Positions 27,491-42,400 of a DNA stretch of 64,000 nt are shown in pieces (position 1 is the first letter of the stretch; each line of letters opens with the position of its first letter). Both the position numbers and the translations under genes were made by a program. The notes beneath the pieces were generated by a model. The model was not told the origin of the DNA. It did not search any database and was given only the letters and a program-made list of their open reading frames with translations. Source of the DNA: the human T2T-CHM13v2.0 reference genome, Homo sapiens; assembly GCF_009914755.1 (NCBI RefSeq), contig NC_060925.1; one strand, given 5' to 3'.

Positions 27491-30400
27491 TGAACTCTGT
27501 CAGTTGAATACACACAACACAAGGAAGTTACTGAGAATTCTTCTGTCTAGCATAATATGAAGAAATCCCGTTTCCAACGAAGGCCTCCAAGGGGTCTGAA
27601 TATCCACTTGCAGACTTTATAAACAGAGTGTTTACTAACTGCTCTATGAAAAGAAAGGTTAAACTCTGTGAGTTGAACACACACATCACAAAGGAGTTTC
27701 TGAGAATCATTCTGTCTAGTTTTTCTACGAAGATATTTCCTTTTCTACTATTGACCTCAAAGCGGCTGAAATCTCCACTTGCAAATTCCACAAAAAGAGT
27801 GTTTCAAGTCTGCTCTGTGTAAAGGATCGTTCAACTCTGTGAGTTGAATACACACAACACAAGGAAGTTACTGAGAATTCTTCTGTCTAGCAGAATATGA
27901 AGAAATCCCGTTTCCAACGAAGGCCTCAAGGAGGTCTGAATATCCACTTGCAGACTTTACAAACAGAGTGTTTCCTAACTGCTCTATGAACAGAAAGGTT
28001 AAACTCTGTGAGTTGAACGCACACATCACAAAGGAGTTTCTGAGAATCATTCTGTCTAGTCTTTATACGAAGATATTTCCTATTCTACCATTGACCTCAA
28101 AGCGGCTGAAATCTCCACTTGCAAATTCGACAAAAAGAGTGTTTCAAGCCTGCTCTCTGTAAAGGATCCTTCAACTCTGTGAGTTGAATACACACAACAC
28201 AAGGAAGTTACTGAGAATTATTCTGTCTAGCAAAATATGAAGAAATCCCGTTTCCAACGAAGGCCTCAAAGAGGTCTGAATATCCACTTGCAGACTTTAC
28301 AAACAGAGTGTTTCCTAACTGCTCTATGAGAAGAAAAGTTAAACTCTGTGAGTTGAACGCACACATCACAAAAGATTTTCTGAGAATCATTCTGTCTAGT
28401 CTTTATATGAAGATAGTTTCCTTTTCTACCATTGACCTCAAAGCGGCTGAAATCTCCACTTGCAAATTCCACAAAAAGAGTGTTTCAAGTCTGCTCTGTG
28501 TAAAGGATCGTTCAACTCTGTGAGTTGAATACACACAACACAAGGAAGTTACTGAGAATTCTTCTGTCTAGCAGAATATGAAGAAATCCCGTTTCCAACG
28601 AAGGCCACAAGATGTCAGAATATCCACTTAGAGACTTTACAAACAGAGTGTTTCCTAACTGCTCTATGAACAGAAAGGTTAAACTCTGTGAGTTGAACGA
28701 ACACATCACAACGCAGTTTGTGGGAATGATTCTGTCTAGTTTTGAAACGAAGATATTTCCTTTTCTGCCGTTGACCTTAAAGCGCTTGAAATCTACACTT
28801 GCAAATTGCACAAATAGAGTGTTTCAAATCTGCTCTGTCTAAGGGAACGTTCAACTCTGTGAGTTGAATGCACACAACACAAGGAAGTTACTGGGAATTC
28901 TTCTGTCTAGCCTTACATGAAAAAAACCCGTTTCCAACGAAGGCCTCTAAGTGGTCAAAATATCCACGTGCAGACTTTACAAACAGAGTGTTTCCAAACC
29001 GCTGAATGAAAAGAAAAGTTAAACTCTGAGAGTTGAACGCACACATCACGCAGCAGATTCTGAGAATGATTCTGTCTAGTTTTTATACGAAGATATTTCC
29101 TTTTCTGCCTTTGGCCCCAAAGCGCTTGAAATCTCCACTTGCAAATTCCACAAAAACAGTGTTTCAAATCTGCTCTCTCTAAATGAAAGTTCAACTCTGT
29201 CAGTTGAATACACACAACACAAGGAAGTTACTGAGAATTCTTCTGTCTAGCATAATATGAAGAAATCCCGTTTCCAACGAAGGCCTCAAAGGGGTCTGAA
29301 TATCCACTTGCAGACTTTATAAACAGAGTGTTTACTAACTGCTCTATGAAAAGAAAGGTTAAACTCTGTGAGTTGAACACACACATCACAAAGGAGTTTC
29401 TGAGAATCATTCTGTCTAGTTTTTCTACAAAGATATTTCCTTTTCTACTATTGACCTCAAAGCGGCTGAAATCTCCACTTGCAAATTCCACAAAAAGAGT
29501 GTTTCAAGTCTGCTCTGTGTAAAGGATCGTTCAACTGTGTGAGTAGAATACACACAACACAAGGAAGTTACTGAGAATTCTTCTGTCTAGCAGAATAGGA
29601 AGAAATCCCGTTTCCAACGAAGGCCTCAAAGAGGTCTGAATATCCACTTGCAGACTTTACAAACAGAGTGTTTCCTAACTGCTCTATGAAAAGAAAGGTT
29701 AAACTCTGTGAGTTGAACGCACACATCACAAAGGAGTTTCTGAGAATCATTCTGTCTAGTTTCTATAGGAAGATATTTCCTATTCTACCATTGACCTCAA
29801 AGCGGCTGAAATCTCCAATTGCAAATTCCACAAAAAGAGTGTTTCAAGTCTGCTCTGTGTAAAGGATCGTTCAACTCTGTGAGTTGAATACACACAACAC
29901 AAGGAAGTTACAGAGAATTCTTCTGTCTAGCAGAATATGAAGAAATCCTGTTTCCAACGAAGGCCTCAAGGAGGTCTGAATATCCACTTGCAGACTTTAC
30001 AAACAGAGTGTTGCCTAACTGCTCTATGAACAGAAAGGTTAAACTCTGTGAGTTGAACGCACACATCACAAAGGAGTTTCTGAGAATCATTCTGTCTAGT
30101 CTTTATACGAAGATATTTACTTTTCTACCATTGACCTCAAAGCGGCTGAAATCTCCACTTGCAAATTCCACAAAAAGAGTGTTTCAAGTCTGCTCTGTGT
30201 AAAGGATCATTCAACTCTGTGAGTTGAATAAACACAACACAAGGAAGTTACTGAGAATTCTTCTGTCTAGCAGAATATGAAGAAATCCCGTTTCCAACGA
30301 AGGCCTCAAGGAGGTCTGAATATCCACTTGCAGACTTTACAAACAGAGTGTTTCCTAACTGCTCTATGAACAGAAAGGTTAAACTCTGTGAGTTGAACGC

Positions 30401-33400
30401 ACACATCACAAAGGAGTTTATGAGAATCATTCTGTCTAGTTTCTATAAGAAGATATTTCCTATTCTACCATTGACCTCAAAGCGGCTGAAATCTCCACTT
30501 GCAAATTCGACAAAAAGAGTGTTTCAAGCCTGCTCTCTGTAAAGGATCCTTCAACTCTGTGAGTTGAATACACACAACACAAGGAAGTTACTGAGAATTA
30601 TTCTGTCTAGCATAATATGAAGAAATCCCGTTTCCAACGAAGGCCTCAAAGAGGTCTGAATATCCACTTGCAGACTTTACAAACAGAGTGTTTCCTAACT
30701 GCTCTATGAGAAGAAAAGTTAAACTCTGTGAGTTGAACGCACACATCACAAAAGATTTTCTGAGAATCATTCTGTCTAGTCTTTATATGAAGATAGTTTC
30801 CTTTTCTACCATTGACCTCAAAGCGGCTGAAATCTCCACTTGCAAATTCCACAAAAAGAGTGTTTCAAGTCTGCTCTGTGTAAAGGATCGTTCAACTCTG
30901 TGAGTTGAATACACACAACACAAGGAAGTTACTGAGAATTCTTCTGTCTAGCAGAATAGGAAGAAATCCCGTTTCCAACGAAGGCCACAAGATGTCAGAA
31001 TATCCACTTACAGACTTTACAAACAGAGTGTTTCCTAACTGCTCTATGAACAGAAAGGTTAAACTCTGTGAGTTGAACGAACACATCACAACGCAGTTTG
31101 TGGGAATGATTCTGTCTAGTTTTGAAACGAAGATATTTCCTTTTCTGCCGTTGACCTTAAAGCGCTTGAAATCTACACTTGCAAATTGCACAAATAGAGT
31201 GTTTCAAATCTGCTCTGTCTAAGGGAACGTTCAACTCTGTGAGTTGAATGCACACAACACAAGGAAGTTACTGGGAATTCTTCTGTCTAGCCTTACATGA
31301 AAAAAACCCGTTTCCAACGAAGGCCTCTAAGTGGTCAAAATTTCCACGTGCAGACTTTACAAACAGAGTGTTTCCAAACCGCTGAATGAAAAGAAAAGTT
31401 AAACTCTGAGAGTTGAACGCACACATCACGCAGCAGTTTCTGAGAATGATTCTGTCTAGTTTTTATACGAAGATATTTCCTTTTCTGCCTTTGGCCCCAA
31501 AGCGCTTGAAATCTCCACTTGCAAATTCCACAAAAACAGTGTTTCAAATCTGCTCTCTCTAAATGAAAGTTCAACTCTGTCAGTTGAATACACACAACAC
31601 AAGGAAGTTACTGAGAATTCTTCTGTCTAGCATAATATGAAGAAATCCCGTTTCCAACGAAGGCCTCAAAGGGGTCTGAATATCCACTTGCAGACTTTAT
31701 AAACAGAGTGTTTACTAACTGCTCTATGAAAAGAAAGGTTAAACTCTGTGAGTTGAACACACACATCACAAAGGAGTTTCTGAGAATCATTCTGTCTAGT
31801 TTTTCTACGAAGATATTTCCTTTTCTACTATTGACCTCAAAGCGGCTGAAATCTCCACTTGCAAATTCCACAAAAAGAGTGTTTCAAGTCTGCTCTGTGT
31901 AAAGGATCGTTCAACTCTGTGAGTTGAATACACACAAAACAAGGAAGTTACTGAGAATTCTTCTGTCTAGCAGAATATGAAGAAATCCCGTTTCCAACGA
32001 AGGCCTCAAAGAGGTCTGAATATCCACTTGCAGACTTTACAAACAGAGTGTTTCCTAACTGCTCTATGAAAAGAAAGTTTAAACTCTGTGAGTTGAACGC
32101 ACACATCACAAAGGAGTTTCTGAGAATCGTTCTGTCTAGTTTCTATAGGAAGATATTTCCTATTCTACCATTGACCTCAAAGCGGCTGAAATCTCCAGTT
32201 GCAAATTCCACGAAAAGAATGTTTCAAGTCTGCTCTGTGTAAAGGATCGTTCAACTCTGTGAGTTGAATACACACAACACAAGGAAGTTACTGAGAGTTC
32301 TTCTGTCTAGCAGAATATGAAGAAATCCCGTTTCCAACGAAGGCCTCAAGGAGGTCTGAATATCCACTTGCAGACTTTACAAACAGAGTGTTTCCTAACT
32401 GCTCTATGAACAGAAAGGTTAAACTCTGTGAGTTGAACGCACACATCACAAAGGAGTTTCTGAGAATCATTCTGTCTAGTCTTTATACGAAGATATTTAC
32501 TTTTCTACCATTGACCTCAAAGCGGCTGAAATCTCCACTTGCAAATTCCACAAAAAGAGTGTTTCAAGTCTGCTCTGTGTAAAGGATCATTCAACTCTGT
32601 GAGTTGAATAAACACAACACAAGGAAGTTACTGAGAATTCTTCTGTCTAGCAGAATATGAAGAAATCCCGTTTCCAACGAAGGCCTCAAGGAGGTCTGAA
32701 TATCCACTTGCAGACTTTACAAACAGAGTGTTTCCTAACTGCTCTATGAAAAGAAAGGTTAAACTCTGTGAGTTGAACGCACACATCACAAAGGAGTTTA
32801 TGAGAATCATTCTGTCTAGTTTCTATAAGAAGATATTTCCTATTCTACCATTGACCTCAAAGCGGCTGAAATCTCCACTTGCAAATTCGACAAACAGAGT
32901 GTTTCAAGCCTGCTCTCTGTAAAGGATCCTTCAACTCTGTGAGTTGAATACACACAACACAAGGAAGTTACTGAGAATTATTCTGTCTAGCAGAATATGA
33001 AGAAATCCCGTTTCCAACGAAGGCCTCAAAGAGGTCTGAATATCCACTTGCAGACTTTACAAACAGAGTGTTTCCTAACTGCTCTATGAGAAGAAAAGTT
33101 AAACTCTGTGAGTTGAACGCACACATCACAAAAGATTTTCTGAGAATCATTCTGTCTAGTCTTTATATGAAGATAGTTTCCTTTTCTACCATTGACCTCA
33201 AAGCGGCTGAAATCTCCACTTGCAAATTCCACAAAAAGAGTGTTTCAAGTCTGCTCTGTGTAAAGGATCGTTCAACTCTGTGAGTTGAATACACACAACA
33301 CAAGGAAGTTACTGAGAATTCTTCTGTCTAGCAGAATAGGAAGAAATCCCGTTTCCAACGAAGGCCACAAGATGTCAGAATATCCACTTACAGACTTTAC

Positions 33401-34419
33401 AAACAGAGTGTTTCCTAACTGCTCTATGAACAGAAAGGTTAAACTCTGTGAGTTGAACGAACACATCACAACGCAGTTTGTGGGAATGATTCTGTCTAGT
33501 TTTGAAACGAAGATATTTCCTTTTCTGCCGTTGACCTTAAAGCGCTTGAAATCTACACTTGCAAATTGCACAAATAGAGTGTTTCAAATCTGCTCTGTCT
33601 AAGGGAACGTTCAACTCTGTGAGTTGAATGCACACAACACAAGGAAGTTACTGGGAATTCTTCTGTCTAGCCTTACATGAAAAAAAACCCGTTTCCAACG
33701 AAGGCCTCTAAGTGGTCAAAATATCCACGTGCAGACTTTACAAACAGAGTGTTTCCAAACCGCTGAATGAAAAGAAAAGTTAAACTCTGAGAGTTGAACG
33801 CACACATCACGCAGCAGTTTCTGAGAATGATTCTGTCTAGTTTTTATACGAAGATATTTCCTTTTCTGCCCTTGGCCCCAAAGCGCTTGAAATCTCCACT
33901 TGCATATTCCACAAAAACAGTGTTTCAAATCTGCTCTCTCTAAATGAAATTTCAACTCTGTCAGTTGAATACACACAACACAAGGAAGTTACCGAGAATT
34001 CTTCTGTCTAGCAGAATATGAAGAAATCCCGTTTCCAACGAAGGCCTCAAAGGGGTCTGAATATCCACTTGCAGACTTTAAAAACAGAGTGTTTACTAAC
34101 TGTTCTATGAAAAGAAAGGTTAAACTCTGTGAGTTGAACACACACATCACAAAGGAGTTTCTGAGAATCATTCTGCCTAGTTTTTCTACGAAGATATTTC
34201 CTTTTCTACTATTGACCTCAAAGCGGCTGAAATCTCCACTTGCAAATTCCACAAAAAGAGTGTTTCAAGTCTGCTCTGTGTAAAGGATCGTTCAACTCTG
34301 TGAGTTGAATACACACAACACAAGGAAGTTACTGAGAATTCTTCTGTCTAGCAGAATATGAAGAAATCCCCTTTCCAACGAAGGCCTCAAAGAGGTCTGA
34401 ATATCCACTTGCAGACTTT

Positions 34420-37400
34420 ACAAACAGAGTGTTTCCTAACTGCTCTATGAAAAGAAAGGTTAAACTCTGTGAGTTGAACGCACACATCACAAAGGAGTTT
34501 CTGAGAATCATTCTGTCTAGTTTCTATAGGAAGATATTTCCTATTCTACCATTGACCTCAAAGCGGCTGAAATCTCCACTTGCAAATTCCACAAAAAGAG
34601 TGTTTCAAGTCTGCTCTGTGTAAAGGATCGTTCAACTCTGTGAGTTGAATACATACAACACAAGGAAGTTACTGAGAATTCTTCTGTCTAGCAGAATATG
34701 AAGAAATCCGGTTTCCAACGAAGGCCTCAAGGAGGTCTGAATATCCACTTGCAGACTTTACAAACAGAGTGTTTCCTAACTGCTCTATGAACAGAAAGGT
34801 TAAACTCTGTGAGTTGAACGCACACACCACAAAAGAGTTTCTGAGAATCATTCTGTCTAGTCTTTATACGAAGATATTTACTTTTCTACCATTGACCTCA
34901 AAGCGGCTGAAATCTCCACTTGCAAATTCCACAAAAAGAGTGTTTCAAGTCTGCTCTCTGTAAAGGATCATTCAACTCTGTGAGTTGAATAAACACAACA
35001 CAAGGAAGTTACTGAGAATTCTTCTGTCTAGCAGAATATGCAGAAATCCCGTTTCCAACGAAGGCCTCAAGGAGGTCTGAATATCCACTTGCAGACTTTA
35101 CAAACAGAGTGTTTCCTAACTGCTCTATGAAAAGAAAGGTTAAACTCTGTGAGTTGAACGCACACATCACAAAGGAGTTTATGAGAATCATTCTGTCTAG
35201 TTTCTATAAGAAGATATTTCCTATTCTACCATTGACCTCAAAGCGGCTGAAATCTCCACTTGCAAATTCGACAAAAAGAGTGTTTCAAGCCTGCTCTCTG
35301 TAAAGGATCCTTCAACTCTGTGAGTTGAATACACACAACACAAGGAAGTTACTGAGAATTATTCTGTCTAGCATAATATGAAGAAATCCCGTTTCCAACG
35401 AAGGCCTCAAAGAGGTCTGAATATCCACTTGCAGACTTTACAAACAGAGTGTTTCCTAACTGCTCTATGAGAAGAAAAGTTAAACTCTGTGAGTTGAACG
35501 CACACATCACAAAAGATTTTCTGAGAATCATTCTGTCTAGTCTTTATATGAAGATAGTTTCCTTTTCTACCATTGACCTCAAAGCGGCTGAAATCTCCAC
35601 TTGCAAATTCCACAAAAAGAGTGTTTCAAGTCTGCTCTGTGTAAAGGATCGTTCAACTCTGTGAGTTGAATACACACAACACAAGGAAGTTACTGAGAAT
35701 TCTTCTGTCTAGCAGAATAGGAAGAAATCCCGTTTCCAACGAAGGCCACAAGATGTCAGAATATCCACTTACAGACTTTACAAACAGAGTGTTTCCTAAC
35801 TGCTCTATGAACAGAAAGGTTAAACTCTGTGAGTTGAACGAACACATCACAACGCAGTTTGTGGGAATGATTCTGTCTAGTTTTGAAACGAAGATATTTC
35901 CTTTTCTGCCGTTGACCTTAAAGCGCTTGAAATCTACACTTGCAAATTGCACAAATAGAGTGTTTCAAATCTGCTCTGTCTAAGGGAACGTTCAACTCTG
36001 TGAGTTGAATGCACACAACACAAGGAAGTTACTGGGAATTCTTCTGTCTAGCCTTACATGAAAAAAAACCCGTTTCCAACGAAGGCCTCTAAGTGGTCAA
36101 ACTATCCACGTGCAGACTTTACAAACAGAGTGTTTCCAAACCGCTGAATGAAAAGAAAAGTTAAACTCTGAGAGTTGAACGCACACATCATGCAGCAGTT
36201 TCTGAGAATGATTCTGTCTAGTTTTTATACGAAGATATTTCCTTTTCTGCCCTTGGCCCCAAAGCGCTTGAAATCTCCACTTGCAAATTCCACAAAAACA
36301 GTGTTTCAAATCTGCTCTCTCTAAATGAAAGTTCAACTCTGTCAGTTGAATACACACAACACAAGGAAGTTACTGAGAATTCTTCTGTCTAGCAGAATAT
36401 GAAGAAATCCCGTTTCCAACGAAGGCCTCAAAGGGGTCTGAATATCCACTTGCAGACTTTATAAACAGAGTGTTTACTAACTGCTCTATGAAAAGAAAGG
36501 TTAAACTCTGTGAGTTGAACACACACATCACAAAGGAGTTTCTGAGAATCATTCTGCCTAGTTTTTCTACGAAGATATTTCCTTTTCTACTATTGACCTC
36601 AAAGCGGCTGAAATCTCCACTTGCAAATTCCACAAAAAGAGTGTTTCAAGTCTGCTCTGTGTAAAGGATCGTTCAACTCTGTGAGTTGAATACACACAAC
36701 ACAAGGAAGTTACTGAGAATTCTTCTGTCTAGCAGAATATGAAGAAATCCCGTTTCCAACGAAGGCCTCAAAGAGGTCTGAATATCCACTTGCAGACCTT
36801 ACAGAGTGTTTCCTAACTGCTCTATGAAAAGAAAGGTTAAACTCTGTGAGTTGAACGCACACATCACAAAGGAGTTTCTGAGAATCATTCTGTCTAGTTT
36901 CTATAGGAAGATATTTCCTATTCTACCATTGACCTCAAAGCGGCTGAAATCTCCACTTGCAAATTCCACAAAAAGAGTGTTTCAAGTCTGCTCTGTGTAA
37001 AGGATCGTTCAACTCTGTGAGTTGAATACACACAACACAAGGAAGTTACTGAGAATTCTTCTGTCTAGCAGAATATGAAGAAATCCGGTTTCCAACGAAG
37101 GCCTCAAGGAGGTCTGAATATCCACTTGCAGACTTTACAAACAGAGTGTTTCCTAACTGCTCTATGAACAGAAAGGTTAAACTCTGTGAGTTGAACGCAC
37201 ACACCACAAAAGAGTTTCTGAGAATCATTCTGTCTAGTCTTTATACGAAGATATTTACTTTTCTACCATTGACCTCAAAGCGGCTGAAATCTCCACTTGC
37301 AAATTCCACAAAAAGAGTGTTTCAAGTCTGCTCTCTGTAAAGGATCATTCAACTCTGTGAGTTGAATAAACACAACACAAGGAAGTTACTGAGAATTCTT

Positions 37401-39440
37401 CTGTCTAGCAGAATATGCAGAAATCCCGTTTCCAACGAAGGCCTCAAGGAGGTCTGAATATCCACTTGCAGACTTTACAAACAGAGTGTTTCCTAACTGC
37501 TCTATGAAAAGAAAGGTTAAACTCTGTGAGTTGAACGCACACATCACAAAGGAGTTTATGAGAATCATTCTGTCTAGTTTCTATAAGAAGATATTTCCTA
37601 TTCTACCATTGACCTCAAAGCGGCTGAAATCTCCACTTGCAAATTCGACAAAAAGAGTGTTTCAAGCCTGCTCTCTGTAAAGGATCCTTCAACTCTGTGA
37701 GTTGAATACACACAACACAAGGAAGTTACTGAGAATTATTCTGTCTAGCATAATATGAAGAAATCCCGTTTCCAACGAAGGCCTCAAAGAGGTCTGAATA
37801 TCCACTTGCAGACTTTACAAACAGAGTGTTTCCTAACTGCTCTATGAGAAGAAAAGTTAAACTCTGTGAGTTGAACGCACACATCACAAAAGATTTTCTG
37901 AGAATCATTCTGTCTAGTCTTTATATGAAGATAGTTTCCTTTTCTACCATTGACCTCAAAGCGGCTGAAATCTCCACTTGCAAATTCCACAAAAAGAGTG
38001 TTTCAAGTCTGCTCTGTGTAAAGGATCGTTCAACTCTGTGAGTTGAATACACACAACACAAGGAAGTTACTGAGAATTCTTCTGTCTAGCAGAATAGGAA
38101 GAAATCCCGTTTCCAACGAAGGCCACAAGATGTCAGAATATCCACTTACAGACTTTACAAACAGAGTGTTTCCTAACTGCTCTATGAACAGAAAGGTTAA
38201 ACTCTGTGAGTTGAACGAACACATCACAACGCAGTTTGTGGGAATGATTCTGTCTAGTTTTGAAACGAAGATATTTCCTTTTCTGCCGTTGACCTTAAAG
38301 CGCTTGAAATCTACACTTGCAAATTGCACAAATAGAGTGTTTCAAATCTGCTCTGTCTAAGGGAACGTTCAACTCTGTGAGTTGAATGCACACAACACAA
38401 GGAAGTTACTGGGAATTCTTCTGTCTAGCCTTACATGAAAAAAAACCCGTTTCCAACGAAGGCCTCTAAGTGGTCAAACTATCCACGTGCAGACTTTACA
38501 AACAGAGTGTTTCCAAACCGCTGAATGAAAAGAAAAGTTAAACTCTGAGAGTTGAACGCACACATCATGCAGCAGTTTCTGAGAATGATTCTGTCTAGTT
38601 TTTATACGAAGATATTTCCTTTTCTGCCCTTGGCCCCAAAGCGCTTGAAATCTCCACTTGCAAATTCCACAAAAACAGTGTTTCAAATCTGCTCTCTCTA
38701 AATGAAAGTTCAACTCTGTCAGTTGAATACACACAACACAAGGAAGTTACTGAGAATTCTTCTGTCTAGCATAATATGAAGAAATCCCGTTTCCAACGAA
38801 GGCCTCAACGGGGTCTGAATATCCACTTGCAGACTTTATAAACAGAGTGTTTACTAACTGCTCTATGAAAAGAAAGGTTAAACTCTGTGAGTTGAACACA
38901 CACATCACAAAGGAGTTTCTGAGAATCATTCTGCCTAGTTTTTCTACGAAGATATTTCCTTTTCTACTATTGACCTCAAAGCGGCTGAAATCTCCACTTG
39001 CAAATTCCACAAAAAGAGTGTTTCAAGTCTGCTCTGTGTAAAGGATCGTTCAACTCTGTGAGTTGAATACACACAACACAAGGAAGTTACTGAGAATTCT
39101 TCTGTTTAGCAGAATATGAAGAAATCCCGTTTCCAACGAAGGCCTCAAAGAGGTCTGAATATCCACTTGCAGACCTTACAGAGTGTTTCCTAACTGCTCT
39201 ATGAAAAGAAAGGTTAAACTCTGTGAGTTGAACGCACACATCACAAAGGAGTTTCTGAGAATCATTCTGTCTAGTTTCTATAGGAAGATATTTCCTATTC
39301 TACCATTGACCTCAAAGCGGCTGAAATCTCCACTTGCAAATTCCACAAAAAGAGTGTTTCAAGTCTGCTCTGTGTAAAGGATCGTTCAACTCTGTGAGTT
39401 GAATACACACAACACAAGGAAGTTACTGAGAATTCTTCTG
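34420..39440 (-). repeat. Tandem duplication, 2377-bp (14-mer with 4-bp deletion) unit
   Basis: TCCGGTTTCC (34710/37087), ATATGCAGAA, CAAACTATCC (36102/38479) and GACCTTACAGAG (36800/39177) recur at +2377. Confidence 0.9.
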
Positions 39441-42400
39441 TCTAGCAGAATATGAAGAAATCCCGTTTCCAACGAAGGCCTCAAGGAGGTCTGAATATCC
39501 ACTTGCAGACTTTACAAACAGAGTGTTTCCTAAGTGCTCTATGAACAGAAAGGTGAAACTCTGTGAGTTGAACGCACACATCACAAAGGAGTTTCTGAGA
39601 ATCATTCTGTCTAGTCTTTATACGAAGATATTTCCTTTTCTACCATTGACCTCAAAGCGGCTGAAATCTCCACTTGCAAATTCCACAAAAAGAGTGTTTC
39701 AAGTCTGCTCTGTGTAAAGGATCGTACAACTCTGTGAGTTGAATACACACAACACAAGGAAGTTACTGAGAATTCTTCTGTCTAGCAGAATATGAAGAAA
39801 TCCCGTTTCCAACGAAGGCCTCAAAGAGGTCTGAATATCCACTTGCAGACTTTACAAACAGAGTGTTTCCTAACTGCTCTATGAAAAGAAAGGTTAAACT
39901 CTGTGAGTTGAACGCACACATCACAAAGGAGTTTCTGAGAATCATTCTGTCTAGTTTCTATAGGAAGATATTTCCTATTCTACCATTGACCTCAAAGCGG
40001 CTGAAATCTCCACTTGCAAATTCCACAAAAAGAGTGTTTCAAGTCTGCTCTGTGTAAAGGATCGTTCAACTCTGTGAGTTGAATACATACAACACAAGGA
40101 AGTTACTGAGAATTCTTCTGTCTAGCAGAATATGAAGAAATCCGGTTTCCAACGAAGGCCTCAAGGAGGTCTGAATATCCACTTGCAGACTTTACAAACA
40201 GAGTGTTTCCTAACTGCTCTATGAACAGAAAGGTTAAACTCTGTGAGTTGAACGCACACACCACAAAAGAGTTTATGAGAATCATTCTGTCTAGTTTCTA
40301 TAAGAAGATATTTCCTATTCTACCATTGACCTCAAAGCGGCTGAAATCTCCACTTGCAAATTCGACAAACAGAGTGTTTCAAGCCTGCTCTCTGTAAAGG
40401 ATCCTTCAACTCTGTGAGTTGAATACAAACAACACAAGGAAGTTACTGAGAATTATTCTGTCTAGCAGAATATGAAGAAATCCCGTTTCCAACGAAGGCC
40501 TCAAAGAGGTCTGAATATCCACTTGCAGACTTTACAAACAGAGTGTTTCCTAACTGCTCTATGAGAAGAAAAGTTAAACTCTGTGAGTTGAACGCACACA
40601 TCACAAAAGATTTTCTGAGAATCATTCTGTCTAGTCTTTATATGAAGATAGTTTCCTTTTCTACCATTGACCTCAAAGCGGCTGAAATCTCCACTTGCAA
40701 ATTCCACAAAAAGAGTGTTTCAAGTCTGCTCTGTGTAAAGGATCGTTCAACTCTGTGAGTTGAATACACACAACACAAGGAAGTTACTGAGAATTCTTCT
40801 GTCTAGCAGAATAGGAAGAAATCCCGTTTCCAACGAAGGCCACAAGATGTCAGAATATCCACTTACAGACTTTACAAACAGAGTGTTTCCTAACTGCTCT
40901 ATGAACAGAAAGGTTAAACTCTGTGAGTTGAACGAACACATCACAACGCAGTTTGTGGGAATGATTCTGTCTAGTTTTGAAACGAAGATATTTCCTTTTC
41001 TGCCGTTGACCTTAAAGCGCTTGAAATCTACACTTGCAAATTGCACAAATAGAGTGTTTCAAATCTGCTCTGTCTAAGGGAACGTTCAACTCTGTGAGTT
41101 GAATGCACACAACACAAGGAAGTTACTGGGAATTCTTCTGTCTAGCCTTACATGAAAAAAAACCCGTTTCCAACGAAGGCCTCTAAGTGGTCAAAATATC
41201 CACGTGCAGACTTTACAAACAGAGTGTTTCCAAACCGCTGAATGAAAAGAAAAGTTAAACTCTGAGAGTTGAACGCACACATCACGCAGCAGTTTCTGAG
41301 AATGATTCTGTCTAGTTTTTATACGAAGATATTTCCTTTTCTGCCCTTGGCCCCAAAGCGCTTGAAATCTCCACTTGCATATTCCACAAAAACAGTGTTT
41401 CAAATCTGCTCTCTCTAAATGAAATTTCAACTCTGTCAGTTGAATACACACAACACAAGGAAGTTACCGAGAATTCTTCTGTCTAGCAGAATATGAAGAA
41501 ATCCCGTTTCCAACGAAGGCCTCAAAGGGGTCTGAATATCCACTTGCAGACTTTAAAAACAGAGTGTTTACTAACTGTTCTATGAAAAGAAAGGTTAAAC
41601 TCTGTGAGTTGAACACACACATCACAAAGGAGTTTCTGAGAATCATTCTGCCTAGTTTTTCTACGAAGATATTTCCTTTTCTACTATTGACCTCAAAGCG
41701 GCTGAAATCTCCACTTGCAAATTCCACAAAAAGAGTGTTTCAAGTCTGCTCTGTGTAAAGGATCGTTCAACTCTGTGAGTTGAATACACACAACACAAGG
41801 AAGTTACTGAGAATTCTTCTGTCTAGCAGAATATGAAGAAATCCCGTTTCCAACGAAGGCCTCAAAGAGGTCTGAATATCCACTTGCAGACTTTACAAAC
41901 AGAGTGTTTCCTAACTGCTCTATGAAAAGAAAGGTTAAACTCTGTGAGTTGAACGCACACATCACAAAGGAGTTTCTGAGAATCATTCTGTCTAGTTTCT
42001 ATAGGAAGATATTTCCTATTCTACCATTGACCTCAAAGCGGCTGAAATCTCCACTTGCAAATTCCACAAAAAGAGTGTTTCAAGTCTGCTCTGTGTAAAG
42101 GATCGTTCAACTCTGTGAGTTGAATACATACAACACAAGGAAGTTACTGAGAATTCTTCTGTCTAGCAGAATATGAAGAAATCCGGTTTCCAACGAAGGC
42201 CTCAAGGAGGTCTGAATATCCAATTGCAGACTTTACAAACAGAGTGTTTCCTAACTGCTCTATGAACAGAAAGGTTAAACTCTGTGAGTTGAACGCACAC
42301 ACCACAAAAGAGTTTCTGAGAATCATTCTGTCTAGTCTTTATACGAAGATATTTACTTTTCTACCATTGACCTCAAAGCGGCTGAAATCTCCACTTGCAA

